From assembly GCA_041556275.1 (NCBI GenBank), contig JBFFIU010000002.1:1-42273 (forward strand): a stretch of 42,273 bases of DNA, read 5' to 3'. The DNA is from Anaerolineales bacterium (GTDB lineage Bacteria; Chloroflexota; Anaerolineae; Anaerolineales; UBA4823). Shown here piece after piece: positions 28,095 through 39,152 of this stretch (the stretch's first letter is position 1; each line of letters begins with the position of its first letter). Made by a program: the position numbers and the translations under genes. Below the pieces are notes generated by a model. The model did no database searches. It saw nothing but the letters and a program-made list of their open reading frames with translations, and had not been told where the DNA came from.

Positions 28095-28733
28095 CTAACG
28101 TTTGTAATACTCTACAATCAACTGCTCATTAAGATTGCCGTCAATCTCAGTTCTTTCTGGCAACCGAATTACTGTACCGCTCAGATTATTCAGGTCTCTG
28201 CTTACCCACTCAGGGGTCGAACGCTCTTCTGCGACAGCTGCCAAGTTCTTGAAGAACGTTCTCTTACGAGAGCCTTCGCGAACAGAGATTTCATCGCCAG
28301 GCGAAATGAGCATTGAAGGTACATCGGTACGGCGACCATTGACATCGAAATGCCCATGCGTAACTAACAAACGAGCCTGAGCTCGATTGGCTGCAAAGCC
28401 TAGCCGGAAGACAACATTATCCAGTCGAGATTCTAGAATTTGTAGCAGATTTAGTCCGGTCAATCCTCTACGTTTCAGAGATACCTTGTAGTATCTGCGA
28501 AATTGTCTCTCCAAGACGCCATAAATCCGCCTGGCTTTTTGCTTAGCACGTAACTGGCGGTTATAGTCCGATTCTCGTCTTCTCCGATATTGAAATCCTC
28601 TGCCATGAATGCCGGGAGGATAGCCACGTCTCTCAAACGAACATTTGGGCGTGAAGCAGCGTTCTCCCTTGAGGAATAATTTTTCACCTTCTCGCCGGCA
28701 TAGTTTACAAACCGGTCCAGTATATCTAGCCAT
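28095..28733 (-). CDS. rpsD: 30S ribosomal protein S4
   Basis: [31 protein letters not shown] (Cys4 N-terminus), then an S4 RNA-binding domain. Confidence 0.97.
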   Translation of the reverse strand: MARYTGPVCKLCRREGEKLFLKGERCFTPKCSFERRGYPPGIHGRGFQYRRRRESDYNRQLRAKQKARRIYGVLERQFRRYYKVSLKRRGLTGLNLLQILESRLDNVVFRLGFAANRAQARLLVTHGHFDVNGRRTDVPSMLISPGDEISVREGSRKRTFFKNLAAVAEERSTPEWVSRDLNNLSGTVIRLPERTEIDGNLNEQLIVEYYKR

Positions 28734-28760
28734 TCATTCTTCCTTTATCAAAAAAATTTG

Positions 28761-29162
28761 TTAAACGCGTCGTTTCTTAGGTGGACGGCAGCCATTATGC
28801 GGCACCGGGGTTTTATCTGTAATCGCAGTTACTTTGAGACCTGCAGCTTGTATTGCGCGAATCGCTGATTCTCTACCAGGACCCGGACCTTTTACAAATA
28901 TCTCAACCTCCTGTATGCCAATAGCCATTGCACCCTTGATAGCTTGCTCAGCTGCTAAACGGGCAGCGAATGGTGTACTCTTACGCGATCCTTTGAATCC
29001 AGCCGATCCAGCGCTACCCCAAACCACCGTGTTACCTTGATTATCCGTGACAGTCACAATGGTGTTATTAAAAGTGGCACTTATGTGTACTTGACCCGCC
29101 GATAATGATCTTTTTGTTTTACGTGCTGCCGAACGACGCGATGAGCGTTCTCCTTTTGCCAT
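28761..29162 (-). CDS. rpsK: 30S ribosomal protein S11
   Basis: [47 protein letters not shown]. Confidence 0.97.
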   Translation of the reverse strand: MAKGERSSRRSAARKTKRSLSAGQVHISATFNNTIVTVTDNQGNTVVWGSAGSAGFKGSRKSTPFAARLAAEQAIKGAMAIGIQEVEIFVKGPGPGRESAIRAIQAAGLKVTAITDKTPVPHNGCRPPKKRRV

Positions 29163-29229
29163 AAATCCTCTTCTTCCTTATTCAATCATTGATTAGTAAG
29201 TAGGAAAATCTATTCTTTCCAACAGATAT

Positions 29230-29619
29230 TTATTTCTTCTTTGCTCCCCGTCGACGTCCTCGGCCGGCAACAGTTTTCTTAGGTCCTTTGCGCGTACGTG
29301 CATTGGTGCGCGTGCGTTGACCACGTACTGGAAGATTCCGCCGATGACGCAATCCCCTATAGCTACCTATCTCGATCAAACGTTTGATATGCATTTGGGT
29401 GTCACGGCGTAAATCACCTTCAACTTTATAATTTTGAATAATGAACTCACGCAACGTTGCCACCTCAGCGTCGGTCAAGTCTTTCACTCGAGTATCAGGG
29501 TTAATTTGAGTTGCTTCCAATATTGCATGCGATCGAGTTGGACCGATGCCATATAAATATCGCAATCCGATTTCTACCCGTTTATTCCTGGGGAGATCTA
29601 CACCTTCAATTCTTGCCAT
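29230..29619 (-). CDS. rpsM: 30S ribosomal protein S13
   Basis: [54 protein letters not shown]. Confidence 0.97.
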   Translation of the reverse strand: MARIEGVDLPRNKRVEIGLRYLYGIGPTRSHAILEATQINPDTRVKDLTDAEVATLREFIIQNYKVEGDLRRDTQMHIKRLIEIGSYRGLRHRRNLPVRGQRTRTNARTRKGPKKTVAGRGRRRGAKKK

Positions 29620-29625
29620 AATTCA

Positions 29626-29739
29626 TCATCCCTGTCTTTGTTTATGCTTAGGATTTTCACAGATCACATATAAAACGCCGCGACGTTTTACTATTTTGCA
29701 CTTTGCACAACGTTTTTTTACTGAAGCAGATACTTTCAT
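29626..29739 (-). CDS. rpmJ: 50S ribosomal protein L36 (zinc-binding form)
   Basis: Below the ORF-track size cutoff and read by hand. The minus strand from ATG 29739 gives [37 protein letters not shown], ending at TGA 29628-29626. AGGAGA lies upstream. Confidence 0.93.
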   Translation of the reverse strand: MKVSASVKKRCAKCKIVKRRGVLYVICENPKHKQRQG

Positions 29740-29806
29740 TGGCCAATTTCTCCTAATCTTCCGCTCTTTTACACCAATCCTTGAATGGTCAATAGCCGAA
29801 TTCTCA

Positions 29807-29835
29807 ATTATACATAACCTAATCTTGAATGTCCA
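29807..29835 (-). promoter_or_regulatory. candidate internal promoter for rpmJ-rpsM-rpsK-rpsD-rpoA-rplQ
   Basis: The minus strand reads TGGACA (29835-29830), a 17-nt spacer, then TATAAT (29812-29807). It starts just after the map stop codon. Confidence 0.5.
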
Positions 29836-29841
29836 GACTCC

Positions 29842-30609
29842 TTAGAATTCAGTTAAAATTATCGGTTCATCCTCTGTTACTGCAACTGAATGTTCAAAGT
29901 GGGCAGTAAGTGATCCATCTGCAGAGACAACAGTCCACTGATCATCGAGCACTCGTGTTCGGTGAGTTCCCTTCAAAACCATTGGCTCAAGGGCAACTGT
30001 AATCCCTGGACGTAAAGTTACTCCACGTCCGCTCACACCAAAATTTGGAACAAGTGGACCTTCGTGCATTTTTCGACCAACTCCATGTCCGGTATATTCA
30101 CGGGGGACATGAAAATTGTTGGCTTCAACATAATCCTGGATAGCTGCAGAAACATCACCAACACGATTTCCAGGTCTCATTTTCTCAATGCCAATAAACA
30201 ATGCTTTTTCCGTCACATCCAATAATTTCTGGGCTTCAGCAGAAATTGTTCCGACACCCATGCTGAAAGCAGAATCCGCGACAAATCCATCCAAAACGGT
30301 GCCGCAATCAACCGAAACAATGTCGCCTTCCTTCAACTTTCTCTTTCCCGGAATCCCGTGTACCAACTCCTCGTTGATCGATATGGTTAGTGTCGCTGGA
30401 TAAGGATATGGACCAGGATAATTCTTGAAAGCGGGTTTACCACCATTTTCCTGAATGATCTCATATGCAACATCATCCAAATCTTGTGTAGCAATGCCTG
30501 GGCGAATCATCTCTCGCACAGTTTTCAAGACTAAGGCATTCACCTTTCCAGCTGTTCGCATTGTCTCAATCTCTGACTTATTTTTAATTAATATTGGTCG
30601 ATCAGACAT
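29842..30609 (-). CDS. map: type I methionine aminopeptidase
   Basis: IKNKSEIETMRTAGKV, DIVSVDCG, HGVGRKMHE, ALEPM and EH metal-ligand context. Confidence 0.96.
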   Translation of the reverse strand: MSDRPILIKNKSEIETMRTAGKVNALVLKTVREMIRPGIATQDLDDVAYEIIQENGGKPAFKNYPGPYPYPATLTISINEELVHGIPGKRKLKEGDIVSVDCGTVLDGFVADSAFSMGVGTISAEAQKLLDVTEKALFIGIEKMRPGNRVGDVSAAIQDYVEANNFHVPREYTGHGVGRKMHEGPLVPNFGVSGRGVTLRPGITVALEPMVLKGTHRTRVLDDQWTVVSADGSLTAHFEHSVAVTEDEPIILTEF

Positions 30610-30613
30610 TGAA

Positions 30614-31270
30614 CTACACCGCCAATTCCAGTAGATTTACCAGGTCATCCGTTACCTGGTCGATGGGTTGATTTCCATCGATTTCGATCAGCAGGCTGCG
30701 TTGATGGTAATAATCCACCAAAGGTTGAGTCTGTTCTTCATATACATTAATCCGATGCTTTACCGTATCTGGTTTGTCATCTTCGCGCTGATATAACTCA
30801 GATCCATCGTAGTCACAAACTCCAGGCACTTTAGGAGGGTTAAATCTTTTGTGGAAGATATGACCTTCCGCTCGACAAGTCAGCCGTTCAGTCAAACGCG
30901 AGATGAGTTCAGCTTCTGACACCTTGATGTAGGGAACTTTCTTAATCTGACTCTTGTTCTCCATCAAAAATCTATCCAATGCTTCTGCTTGGGCAGGCGT
31001 TCGGGGAAATCCATCGAGAATAGCACCACCCGCACAATCAGCTCTTGATAACCGCTCATTGATCATAGCAATGGTTATATCATCGGGAACCAACTCACCA
31101 ATTTTGATGTATTTATTGGCACGCTCACCCAGCTCCGTTTTCATTTTCAAATTCTCGCGGAAAATATCTCCTGAAGATATTTGTGGGATTCCCAACCTTG
31201 AGGCCACTACTTTAGCCTGGGTGCCTTTTCCAGCACCTGGGGGACCAAGGAAAACGTAGAAATTAATCAC
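30614..31270 (-). CDS. adk: adenylate kinase
   Basis: LGPPGAGKGTQA P-loop, ILDGFPRT. The lid segment has Cys/His/Cys/Asp (CRAEGH...CDYDG). Confidence 0.96.
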   Translation of the reverse strand: MINFYVFLGPPGAGKGTQAKVVASRLGIPQISSGDIFRENLKMKTELGERANKYIKIGELVPDDITIAMINERLSRADCAGGAILDGFPRTPAQAEALDRFLMENKSQIKKVPYIKVSEAELISRLTERLTCRAEGHIFHKRFNPPKVPGVCDYDGSELYQREDDKPDTVKHRINVYEEQTQPLVDYYHQRSLLIEIDGNQPIDQVTDDLVNLLELAV

Positions 31271-31284
31271 CCCGATAATCTCCG

Positions 31285-32625
31285 TCAGCGAACCAGCAAA
31301 GTATCATCATATCCATGCACCTTGAGTTCCGCCTCAATATTGAAGAAGGTATCTCGAACCACGCCAACCACGATCAACAAACCAGCTGAAGAAACCAGCA
31401 GCAAACCAGTATTAGCACCAAAGGGCACGATCAAACCGATCAACCAAGGTAAGATAGCTACAAGACCCAGGAATAGGGCTCCTGGCAGGGTGATTCTTCT
31501 TAAGACCCGTGTCAGATATTTCTGTGTCGGAGCCCCCCGGCTGACCCCAGGGATTTGTGCACCAACTTTCTTCAAGTTCTCGCCATAATTCTGCTGCGCG
31601 AAAAGCACATCTGTATAGAAGAAGGTAAAACCGACCACAAAGAGGAAATACAATACCCAATACGCGTCACTATTCCCTCCAAATATATTCTGGATGTTGG
31701 TCGCCAGATTCGCCACCCACTCTGTTGATGAATTGGCAAAGAAACTGGCGATTATGGCTGGGAAAGTAAGCAAGGACTGCCCGAAGATGAGTGGGATCAT
31801 GCCAGCCATATTCACTCTTAAAGGCAAGGTACCTTTTACTGGCATGGACATTCGATTTCCGACTCTGCGACCCGGGTACATCACGGGAACATTTCTTTGC
31901 CCTTGCTGGACAAAAACGATCGCGAAAATGGTTAACGTGCTAAATATCATTAAGAATATCAGAGCAATCCAGCGATTCTGTTCGTCAGCCATTATTGTTG
32001 CTAAAGTGATTGGAACCCGAGAAACGATACCGGCAAAGATGATTAATGAAAGACCTTGGTTCCGGATACCGAACTCAGAGATCAGCTCACCTATCCAAAT
32101 AGCAAACATCGTTCCGGCGGTCATACTGGCAACTACAGCAAGCGATGACAAAACATTCCCACCAGTCAATCCGAAATCATCCAGGATCGGCACGCCTCCA
32201 GTAAATTGAGAGAAAAGATTGATCTGCCCAATTGCTTGTAAGGCAGCCATGGGGACGGCAAGGATAAGGGTCCATTTTTCCATCCATTTCCGACCTTCCC
32301 GCGGATCTTCCTCCATTCGTTTTTGCATTGCTGGGATGATCGGTACTAAGAGTTGTAGAATAATTTGGGCAGTGATATACGGATAGACACCCATCGCCAG
32401 CACCGAGAAATTAGACACTGTTCCCCCTGAAAGTAGGTCGAGGAGGTTGATAAAGTTCCCTTGTGCTCCACCCCCTTGCATGATTTGGGTGATTACATCC
32501 GGATTTGCGCCTGGGACAGGAACGTGTGCCGCGAATCGATATATCGTCAATAAAGCAAGGGTTAATAACAATCTTCGCCTAATGTCTTTGGCCGTCCATA
32601 GATAGCGCCATGCAGAACGCTTCAT
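31285..32625 (-). CDS. secY: preprotein translocase subunit SecY
   Basis: 446-aa 10-TM protein with IPVPG-type N-terminus (HVPVPG), LGIMPYITA-like (LAMGVYPYITAQI) and RPGxxT-like motifs. Canonical slot between rplO and adk. Confidence 0.96.
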   Translation of the reverse strand: MKRSAWRYLWTAKDIRRRLLLTLALLTIYRFAAHVPVPGANPDVITQIMQGGGAQGNFINLLDLLSGGTVSNFSVLAMGVYPYITAQIILQLLVPIIPAMQKRMEEDPREGRKWMEKWTLILAVPMAALQAIGQINLFSQFTGGVPILDDFGLTGGNVLSSLAVVASMTAGTMFAIWIGELISEFGIRNQGLSLIIFAGIVSRVPITLATIMADEQNRWIALIFLMIFSTLTIFAIVFVQQGQRNVPVMYPGRRVGNRMSMPVKGTLPLRVNMAGMIPLIFGQSLLTFPAIIASFFANSSTEWVANLATNIQNIFGGNSDAYWVLYFLFVVGFTFFYTDVLFAQQNYGENLKKVGAQIPGVSRGAPTQKYLTRVLRRITLPGALFLGLVAILPWLIGLIVPFGANTGLLLVSSAGLLIVVGVVRDTFFNIEAELKVHGYDDTLLVR

Positions 32626-32637
32626 TTTTTGAGCTCC

Positions 32638-33105
32638 TTACTCACCAGCCTGTGCGAGAATAATTTCCACTTTACCTCCAGCAGACTCGATCTTTTGCTG
32701 AGCGCTTTTAGATATGCGATGGACACTGACATCAAGAGCTACATCAATATCGCCTCGACCTAATAGGACGATTGGATTGCGCGGATCGCTTACCAGCCGA
32801 GCTTCAAGTAGAGTCTCTGGATTGACTTGACTGCCATCTTTGAACTTGGAAAGTTGATCCAGGTTTACTTCATTGTATTCAAGACGGTTGATCGGGGTAA
32901 AACCTTTTCCCCGCAGGAAGGGCAACCGGCGGAAGAATGGTAAATTGCCACCCTGGTGGTATAAACGGGTTCCACCACCAGCGCGCGCACCTTGCCCTTT
33001 GGTTCCCCGGCCAGCTGTTTTCCCTTGTCCGGCTGAGATGCCACGCCCTACCCTCTTGCGGTGTTTATTGGCACCTTTACTTGGTTTGAGGTCATGCAAT
33101 TTCAT
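32638..33105 (-). CDS. rplO: 50S ribosomal protein L15
   Basis: MKLHDLKPSKGANKHRKRVGRGISAGQGKTAGRGTKGQ. Confidence 0.97.
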   Translation of the reverse strand: MKLHDLKPSKGANKHRKRVGRGISAGQGKTAGRGTKGQGARAGGGTRLYHQGGNLPFFRRLPFLRGKGFTPINRLEYNEVNLDQLSKFKDGSQVNPETLLEARLVSDPRNPIVLLGRGDIDVALDVSVHRISKSAQQKIESAGGKVEIILAQAGE

Positions 33106-33113
33106 CGGATATC

Positions 33114-33335
33114 CTATTCCTCTACTTGAATCAAATGGCTGACTTTGTTCAACATACCGCGTAATGTAGGTGAATCCTTGTGTTCTACGGTCTGATTCAT
33201 TTTACGTAGACCTAACGCTTTCACAGTCCTTTTCTGGGAGAGGTTATAGCCAATAGGACTCTTGACCAGGGTCACCCGGATGAGCTTCTCTTTCTTCTTC
33301 GATTTTCTCTTAGTTTTGGTTTCAGATTTAGGCAT
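33114..33335 (-). CDS. rpmD: 50S ribosomal protein L30 (with Lys-rich N-terminal extension)
   Basis: [56 protein letters not shown], preceded by [17 protein letters not shown]. 8-nt overlap with the rpsE 3' end. Confidence 0.93.
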   Translation of the reverse strand: MPKSETKTKRKSKKKEKLIRVTLVKSPIGYNLSQKRTVKALGLRKMNQTVEHKDSPTLRGMLNKVSHLIQVEE

Positions 33336-33861
33336 TTTGCTTCTTTCTTTCCCAAAAAGGTATCACATCTTTCACCGATTTACCGCGCAAAGCAGCAATG
33401 TCTTCCGGAGATCTCAATTGGTCCAGGGCATCCATAGTTGCATAAACAACATTAAGAACATTATTGCTTCCGAGAGATTTCGTCAAAATATCAGATACTC
33501 CTGCAACTTCTATTACTGCCCGGACACCCCCAGCAGCGATCACCCCAGTACCCGGAGAAGCAGGTTTCAACATCACTTTCGCGCCAGAACTTCTACCCAG
33601 CACTTCGTGAGGGATGGTTGAACCAAATAATGATACCCGATGCATGTCTTTACGGGCTCGCTCGGCTGCCTTACGCATTGCATCTGGAACAGAATTCGCT
33701 TTACCTTTCCCAACACCTACTTTGCCTCGATTATCGCCAACAACAACAGTGACGCGGAATGAAAAACGGCGTCCGCCTTTGACAACCTTGGCAACGCGTG
33801 CAATTTCTATCACCCGCTCATCAAATTCTTTTTCGAACTCAGACGATTTGAAATCTGACAT
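33328..33861 (-). CDS. rpsE: 30S ribosomal protein S5
   Basis: [44 protein letters not shown]. Start trimmed to ATG 33861, with AGGAG lying 6 nt upstream. Confidence 0.96.
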   Translation of the reverse strand: MSDFKSSEFEKEFDERVIEIARVAKVVKGGRRFSFRVTVVVGDNRGKVGVGKGKANSVPDAMRKAAERARKDMHRVSLFGSTIPHEVLGRSSGAKVMLKPASPGTGVIAAGGVRAVIEVAGVSDILTKSLGSNNVLNVVYATMDALDQLRSPEDIAALRGKSVKDVIPFWERKKQNA

Positions 33862-33882
33862 AAACAACTCCTATCAGGCTCG

Positions 33883-34251
33883 TTAGAATTGCAGGCCACC
33901 TTCTCGTGCGCCTTCAGCAAGCGCTTTGACGCGACCAATGTATTTATAACCAGCTCGGTCAAAGACCACTTTTTCGATACCGATCGATTTGGCTCTCTCA
34001 GCCAGTATTTGGCCGATAAACTGAGCTTGTTCAGTCTTTGTTTTTCCCTTCATTTTGGCCCGCAGATCATGATCTATCGATGAGGCCGAAACCATTGTTT
34101 GTCCAACCTCGTCGTCGATCACTTGAGCATAAATGCCGGTTAGGCTGCGAAAAACATTTAGCCTTGGTCGATCCGCAGTACCTTTCACGCGCTTCCGTAC
34201 ACGGATTTGTCTCCGGTGACGTGCCTTTGAACGAGTAACTTTTTTTCCCAT
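33883..34251 (-). CDS. rplR: 50S ribosomal protein L18
   Basis: Track ORF 33883..34374 trimmed to ATG 34251, giving [47 protein letters not shown] and the C-terminus [25 protein letters not shown]. Confidence 0.96.
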   Translation of the reverse strand: MGKKVTRSKARHRRQIRVRKRVKGTADRPRLNVFRSLTGIYAQVIDDEVGQTMVSASSIDHDLRAKMKGKTKTEQAQFIGQILAERAKSIGIEKVVFDRAGYKYIGRVKALAEGAREGGLQF

Positions 34252-34252
34252 G

Positions 34253-34798
34253 CTATATAACCTTACCTGCTTTACCTGCCTTACGGCGGATTCTTTCATC
34301 CAAGTACTTGATCCCTTTTCCTTTATAAGGTTCCGGGGGACGAACTTTGCGTATGTTCGCTGCAATATGCCCAACTACTTGCTTATCGTAACCCTTGACG
34401 ATGATCTGCCGAGTCCTCGCATCAACTTCAAATTCGATCCCCTCAGGAGGTTCAATCTTAACTTGATGCGAAAAGCCGACATTGAGCACAAGATCCTTCC
34501 CATCCAGTTCGGCGCGATAACCAACGCCATTAACTTCCAATACCTTGGAAAAACCCTCACTAACTCCAACAACCATATTATTTATCAGAGCCCTTGTCAT
34601 GCCGTGTAAAGCGCGATGTGTGCTCTCGTCAGAAGGACGTTTTACAGAGATCTCTCCATCTTTTAGAGATATGTCCATGTCAGCAGGAAAAGTATGTTGC
34701 ATCTCACCTTTCGGACCTTTCACCCGAACATGAGTTCCTTTAATTTTCACATCTACGCCAGCAGGAATGACTACCGGCAATTGTCCGATCCTTGACAC
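34253..34798 (-). CDS. rplF: 50S ribosomal protein L6
   Basis: Start trimmed to GTG 34798 (AAGGAG lies 7 nt upstream), giving (M)[20 protein letters not shown], the canonical L6 N-terminus. Confidence 0.95.
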   Translation of the reverse strand: MSRIGQLPVVIPAGVDVKIKGTHVRVKGPKGEMQHTFPADMDISLKDGEISVKRPSDESTHRALHGMTRALINNMVVGVSEGFSKVLEVNGVGYRAELDGKDLVLNVGFSHQVKIEPPEGIEFEVDARTRQIIVKGYDKQVVGHIAANIRKVRPPEPYKGKGIKYLDERIRRKAGKAGKVI

Positions 34799-34809
34799 GT
34801 TTTTTCTCC

Positions 34810-35223
34810 TTACCAAACTTTACAAAGAACTTCGCCACCAACACCGAGTTGGCGCGCCCGCTGTCCTGTCATCACTCCCTTAGGTGTGGTGAGGATTGCT
34901 ACGCCCATCCCGGATAATACCCAAGGTATATCTCGCTTACCGGTGTAAACTCGCCGCCCGGGCGTGCTTATACGCTGTAAGCCTGTAATCACCGGTCGAC
35001 GATGACGCCTTTCGCCAACATAACGGAGGCGAATCCGTAAAACTTTATGGCCTGGGCTTGTTCCATCTACAACTTCATATCCAGCGACAAATCCTTCTTC
35101 CTTGAGAATGCGAGCAATCTCAGCTTTCAGTTTAGAGCTGGGCATTGCCACGGATGGATGTCCAACATGCATCGCATTTCGAATCCGAGTCAGCATATCT
35201 GCAATGGGATCAGTAAAACTCAT
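34810..35223 (-). CDS. rpsH: 30S ribosomal protein S8
   Basis: [17 protein letters not shown] ... GGEVLCKVW. Confidence 0.97.
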   Translation of the reverse strand: MSFTDPIADMLTRIRNAMHVGHPSVAMPSSKLKAEIARILKEEGFVAGYEVVDGTSPGHKVLRIRLRYVGERRHRRPVITGLQRISTPGRRVYTGKRDIPWVLSGMGVAILTTPKGVMTGQRARQLGVGGEVLCKVW

Positions 35224-35243
35224 TCTAATATTCCTCCATTCAT

Positions 35244-35426
35244 CTACCAGGAAGATTTGACGACACCTGGAATCTTGCCTTCAAGCGCCAATTCACGAAA
35301 ACAAATACGACAAAGACCAAAACGCCGTATATAACCACGCGGTCGGCCGCAGATTCCACATCGATTCCGAACTCGAGTCGGATATTTGCGTCGTCCTTCG
35401 CGTATAACAATGCTTTTCTTTGCCAT
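35244..35426 (-). CDS. rpsN: 30S ribosomal protein S14, type Z (zinc-binding)
   Basis: 60 aa: [47 protein letters not shown], with CxxC...CxxC. Confidence 0.96.
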   Translation of the reverse strand: MAKKSIVIREGRRKYPTRVRNRCGICGRPRGYIRRFGLCRICFRELALEGKIPGVVKSSW

Positions 35427-35429
35427 CTT

Positions 35430-35978
35430 TTATCCTTCCTTCCTGAACGGCATCCCGAGCAAATCCAATAATTGTGTGCCCGCCTCATCAGTCCTTGCCG
35501 TTGTAACAATTGTTATTTCCATGCCTCGGACTTTATCTATCTGGTCGTAATCAATTTCTGGGAAAACCAACTGTTCGCGAAGTCCAAGCGTGTAATTTCC
35601 ACGACCATCAAATGAATTCAGAGACACGCCTCGAAAGTCTCGCACCCTGGGCATCGCTACATTTATCAGGCGATCAAGAAATGCCCACATCCTATCACCT
35701 CTCAGGGTGACTTTTACACCAATGGAGCGTCCTTCGCGCAGCTTGAAATTAGCGATGCTCTTTTTCGATTTCGTCACAATCGGCTTTTGTCCTGTGATCG
35801 TGGTCACATCTGCTACTGCAGCGTCCAAAGCGCGCGCATTTTCAAGAGCTTCCCCGACTCCGATATTCAGAACCACCTTATCAATATCAGGTACTTCCAT
35901 GACATTTTCAAGTTTCAGGGTTTCCATCAATACGGGGATAAATTCATTTTGGTATCGTTCTCGTAAGTAATGAGCCAT
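35430..35978 (-). CDS. rplE: 50S ribosomal protein L5
   Basis: [39 protein letters not shown]. Confidence 0.97.
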   Translation of the reverse strand: MAHYLRERYQNEFIPVLMETLKLENVMEVPDIDKVVLNIGVGEALENARALDAAVADVTTITGQKPIVTKSKKSIANFKLREGRSIGVKVTLRGDRMWAFLDRLINVAMPRVRDFRGVSLNSFDGRGNYTLGLREQLVFPEIDYDQIDKVRGMEITIVTTARTDEAGTQLLDLLGMPFRKEG

Positions 35979-35993
35979 TTCTTCTCTCCTGGA

Positions 35994-36323
35994 TTAATCG
36001 ATCAGTGCATCACAATTTTTGCATACCCGGCGAGATATCCCATCCTCACGTTGATACCCAACTCTGGTTGGCTCATCACACTGAGGGCAAACCAACATCA
36101 CATTTGAGATATGGACAGAACCTTCAAACTCAATGATCCCTGGTGAAATAGTTCGACCTTGGGTTTGAACCTGGCGCTGGTGTTTCTTGCGCATGTTTAC
36201 ACCCTGAACAAATATACGACTATTTTTTGGGGTCACCCGGATCACTTCACCCCGTTTGCCTTTGTCGATTTCTCTTCCACTCATAACTTCGACAGTATCA
36301 CCTTTTCTGATCTTTAATTTCAC
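35994..36323 (-). CDS. rplX: 50S ribosomal protein L24 (Cys4 C-terminal form)
   Basis: MKLKIRKGDTVEVMSGREIDKGKRGEV (KOW motif), HISNVMLVCPQCDEPTRVGY...RVCKNC. GTG start with GGAG upstream. Confidence 0.95.
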   Translation of the reverse strand: MKLKIRKGDTVEVMSGREIDKGKRGEVIRVTPKNSRIFVQGVNMRKKHQRQVQTQGRTISPGIIEFEGSVHISNVMLVCPQCDEPTRVGYQREDGISRRVCKNCDALID

Positions 36324-36349
36324 TTTACTCGCTCCTGGCTAAACAACTT

Positions 36350-36721
36350 CTAAAGAACCTCGGGGGCAAGAGAGACGATCTTCATAAAGCCTTTCTCCCG
36401 TAATTCTCGAGCCACAGGACCGAAAATGCGGGTCCCACGGGGATTGCGCCCGTCGGTGTCAAGAATAACCGCGGCATTATCATCGAAACGGATATAAGAA
36501 CCATCTTCGCGGCGCCATTCTTTAGCTACCCTAACGATCACAGCATGTACGATCTCGCTCTTACTTACAGCCCCATGCGGTGTGGCCAGCTTGACAGTCG
36601 CGACAACCACGTCTCCAATCGAGCCGTACCTGATCCTAGATCCACCCAAGACCTGGATCACCAAAATCTCACGAGCGCCTGTGTTATCTGCGACTTTGAG
36701 GCGGCTTTCATGTTGGATCAT
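36350..36721 (-). CDS. rplN: 50S ribosomal protein L14
   Basis: [28 protein letters not shown]. Confidence 0.97.
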   Translation of the reverse strand: MIQHESRLKVADNTGAREILVIQVLGGSRIRYGSIGDVVVATVKLATPHGAVSKSEIVHAVIVRVAKEWRREDGSYIRFDDNAAVILDTDGRNPRGTRIFGPVARELREKGFMKIVSLAPEVL

Positions 36722-36996
36722 GCCAACTCCTCCACAATTTCATCCTCACCAAAAACTTCACGTCGCAGAATCTCTTCTACAACCCACCGCTTGCGGCGAG
36801 ATATTGGACGACTTTCCACAATCTTAACTCTGTCGCCAATCTCGCATCCAAGTTCGTCATGAGCCATCACTTTCTTCTTGCTTTGAACTACCTTTTTATA
36901 AAAGGGATGGCGATAAGTGCGCGTGATCTGTACATTCACAGTCTTATCCATTTTGTTGCTGGTAACTACACCGACTATACGACGTCGTTTATTCAT
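36718..36996 (-). CDS. rpsQ: 30S ribosomal protein S17
   Basis: [33 protein letters not shown] ... RPISRRKRW. Confidence 0.96.
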   Translation of the reverse strand: MNKRRRIVGVVTSNKMDKTVNVQITRTYRHPFYKKVVQSKKKVMAHDELGCEIGDRVKIVESRPISRRKRWVVEEILRREVFGEDEIVEELA

Positions 36997-37205
36997 GCAT
37001 CACCTTCCAATTCTTCTTCACGCTCCCTTTCAGTGAGGACCGTGTAGTAACGAGCGATCAAACGGCGAGTATAACTGAGGCGTGTATAATCGGTTAGTTC
37101 ACCTGTCGCCAATCGAAAACGCAAGTTCATCAACTCCTCTTTAGCATCTGTCACGTTCGTCTCTATCTCAGAAGTAGACAGGGCGCGAATTTCTTCGGCT
37201 TTCAT
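36993..37205 (-). CDS. rpmC: 50S ribosomal protein L29
   Basis: [37 protein letters not shown]. Confidence 0.95.
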   Translation of the reverse strand: MKAEEIRALSTSEIETNVTDAKEELMNLRFRLATGELTDYTRLSYTRRLIARYYTVLTEREREEELEGDA

Positions 37206-37633
37206 CCTTCACCTCCCGCGACTCCATATCGTGAGACAATTTTCGTTTTAATTGGCAGCTTATAAGAAGCCAGGCGAAGAGCCTCTTTGGCAGTTTCCTC
37301 AGGCACTCCACCTCCAACCTCAAACATGATCCGCCCGGGTTTTACCACTGCTACCCAAAATTCCACGTTCCCCTTGCCTTTTCCCATCCGGGTCTCAGCG
37401 GGTTTTTTCGTGACCGGTTTATCTGGAAAAATACGAATCCATACTTTTCCACGACGACGCAATGCGCGTACAATGGCTCTCCGAGAGGCTTCAATTTGCC
37501 GGGCGGTAACCCAAGCAGGTTCTAAAGCTTGCAGCCCAAAATCACCGAAATGGACTTCTGCACCACGGGATGCTTTTCCTCTCATCCTCCCACGCATTTG
37601 TTTGCGATACTTTACACGCTTAGGCATTAACAT
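37202..37633 (-). CDS. rplP: 50S ribosomal protein L16
   Basis: [41 protein letters not shown]. Confidence 0.97.
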   Translation of the reverse strand: MLMPKRVKYRKQMRGRMRGKASRGAEVHFGDFGLQALEPAWVTARQIEASRRAIVRALRRRGKVWIRIFPDKPVTKKPAETRMGKGKGNVEFWVAVVKPGRIMFEVGGGVPEETAKEALRLASYKLPIKTKIVSRYGVAGGEG

Positions 37634-37708
37634 AATAACAACCTCTTAATTTTAGGTATCCTCAATTTATCAGAGTGGTGAAACTATAAGCACCTTCTCC
37701 GTAGGATA

Positions 37709-38386
37709 TCATTCGCTCACATAGACACCTTCAGATGTCTCAACCTGTTCTTCCATCTCAGGCAATATTTCACCTTTATAAATCCAAACTTTTACACCGA
37801 TCCGTCCATAAGTTGTTAAGGCTTCAGCTTTGGCAAAATCAATATCTGCGCGAAGTGTCTGTCGCGGCACCTGACCCTCACGCATGTGGATTGTACGAGC
37901 CATCTCAGCCCCACTCAACCTTCCAGCAACCTCGATCCTGATCCCCTGGGCACCTTGCCGCATGGCTTGCTGGATGGCACGCTTCATCGCCCTCTGGTAG
38001 CTAATTCGACGCTCGAGCTGCTCGGCAATATTCTTTGCAACTAAGTAAGCATCAATATCTGGCGCTTTGATCTCTTTGATATCAAGGTCGATCTTAATGC
38101 CAATTAATTCCTCTAATTTGGCCCTTAACTTTTTTACATTTTCACCTTTCCGCCCGATGAGAATGCCTGGTTTTGCGGTGTGAACGGTAATTTTTACTTT
38201 GCCTGGGAATCTCTCTATTTCTATTCGTGACACACCAGCTCGAGATGTTTCATTGTGCACCATATCGCGAATATCAATATCTTGTCGCAGCTGGTCAACA
38301 TATTCTCTTCCCTCTGCAAACCACCGCCCCTCCCAGGTTTTATTGACTTTTAGACGAAAACCAATTGGATGAACTTTACGTCCCAT
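37709..38386 (-). CDS. rpsC: 30S ribosomal protein S3
   Basis: [25 protein letters not shown] domain, [10 protein letters not shown]. Confidence 0.97.
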   Translation of the reverse strand: MGRKVHPIGFRLKVNKTWEGRWFAEGREYVDQLRQDIDIRDMVHNETSRAGVSRIEIERFPGKVKITVHTAKPGILIGRKGENVKKLRAKLEELIGIKIDLDIKEIKAPDIDAYLVAKNIAEQLERRISYQRAMKRAIQQAMRQGAQGIRIEVAGRLSGAEMARTIHMREGQVPRQTLRADIDFAKAEALTTYGRIGVKVWIYKGEILPEMEEQVETSEGVYVSE

Positions 38387-38448
38387 GATCTCTCCTCTCG
38401 AGCTCAGCAGTCGATTTATGAGTGAATATATCTACCGATTCCATGAAT

Positions 38449-38790
38449 TTACTCTCGTTCCTGTAATACCACAGTGATGTGAGAAGCACGACGAATGATG
38501 GGTTTGAAGCGCCCGCGAGCTCCGAATCTGCGCCAACGACGAGATGGAGCTGTATCCGCATATATCTTGTAAACATACAAATCATCCCGGCTCACACCAA
38601 AATTTTCTTCTGCATTTGCCATTGCTGAGGCGAGCACTTTAGACACAGGACCTGCAGCTGCATTTTGGACGAATTTCAGCATATCCAGTGCATCTGTAAC
38701 CCCTCGGCCGCGCACCAGATCGATCACCAAGCGAACTTTCTGGGGGGAATGGGGGATAAAATTAGCGTGCGCACGAATTTCTTCTGCCAT
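38449..38790 (-). CDS. rplV: 50S ribosomal protein L22
   Basis: SPQKVRLVIDLVRGRGVTDALDMLKF ... RFGARGRFKPIIRRASHITVVL. Confidence 0.96.
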   Translation of the reverse strand: MAEEIRAHANFIPHSPQKVRLVIDLVRGRGVTDALDMLKFVQNAAAGPVSKVLASAMANAEENFGVSRDDLYVYKIYADTAPSRRWRRFGARGRFKPIIRRASHITVVLQERE

Positions 38791-39069
38791 TTATTCTCTC
38801 CTCAATTTCCTCTCGACGACATGACCCCGATATGTACGCGTAGGCGCAAATTCTCCTAATTTATGCCCAACCATGTTTTCTGTAACGTAAATCGGAACAT
38901 GACGACGCCCATCATGAATGGCGATCGTATGCCCAACCAATTGTGGGAAAATTGTGCTGGCCCGGCTCCAGGTGCGGATCACTTTCTTTTCATTACGGTC
39001 ATTCATTGCTTCAATTTTCTTAAGCAATTTCGGGTCAATGTATGGTCCTTTTTTCAACGATCGTCCCAT
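38791..39069 (-). CDS. rpsS: 30S ribosomal protein S19
   Basis: [20 protein letters not shown] ... [32 protein letters not shown]. Confidence 0.97.
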   Translation of the reverse strand: MGRSLKKGPYIDPKLLKKIEAMNDRNEKKVIRTWSRASTIFPQLVGHTIAIHDGRRHVPIYVTENMVGHKLGEFAPTRTYRGHVVERKLRRE

Positions 39070-39152
39070 AATTCTGTCTCCATAAATCTACGTGCTGGTT
39101 ACTTAATTACTTTTTGTGCTTTCTTTCAATAATTCTGAGACATAACCTCGAA

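Noticed and set aside
31694-32209. 171-aa plus-strand ORF
   Set aside because: It lies entirely antisense within secY. It shows no motifs, and its composition mirrors the hydrophobic codons of secY.
35240-35509. 89-aa minus-strand ORF overlapping rpsN and the rplE 3' end
   Set aside because: It is an alternative frame of the S14 type-Z gene. The 60-aa frame gives the canonical CxxC...CxxC S14 sequence.
35994-36323. Cys4 zinc-ribbon-like C-terminus in L24, alongside the Cys-containing forms of S14(Z), L36 and S4
   Set aside because: Zinc-binding forms of these ribosomal proteins are well known. From memory, a CxxC...CxxC L24 occurs in Thermus-type ribosomes. This is descriptive rather than novel.
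37287-37649. 120-aa plus-strand ORF. The same reasoning applies to 1560..1922, 13614..13940, 25743..26126, 27631..27972, 33262..33621 and 34250..34609.
   Set aside because: All are antisense shadow ORFs inside strongly supported conserved genes (rplP, murC, the aminotransferase, truA, rpoA, rpsE/rpmD, rplF).
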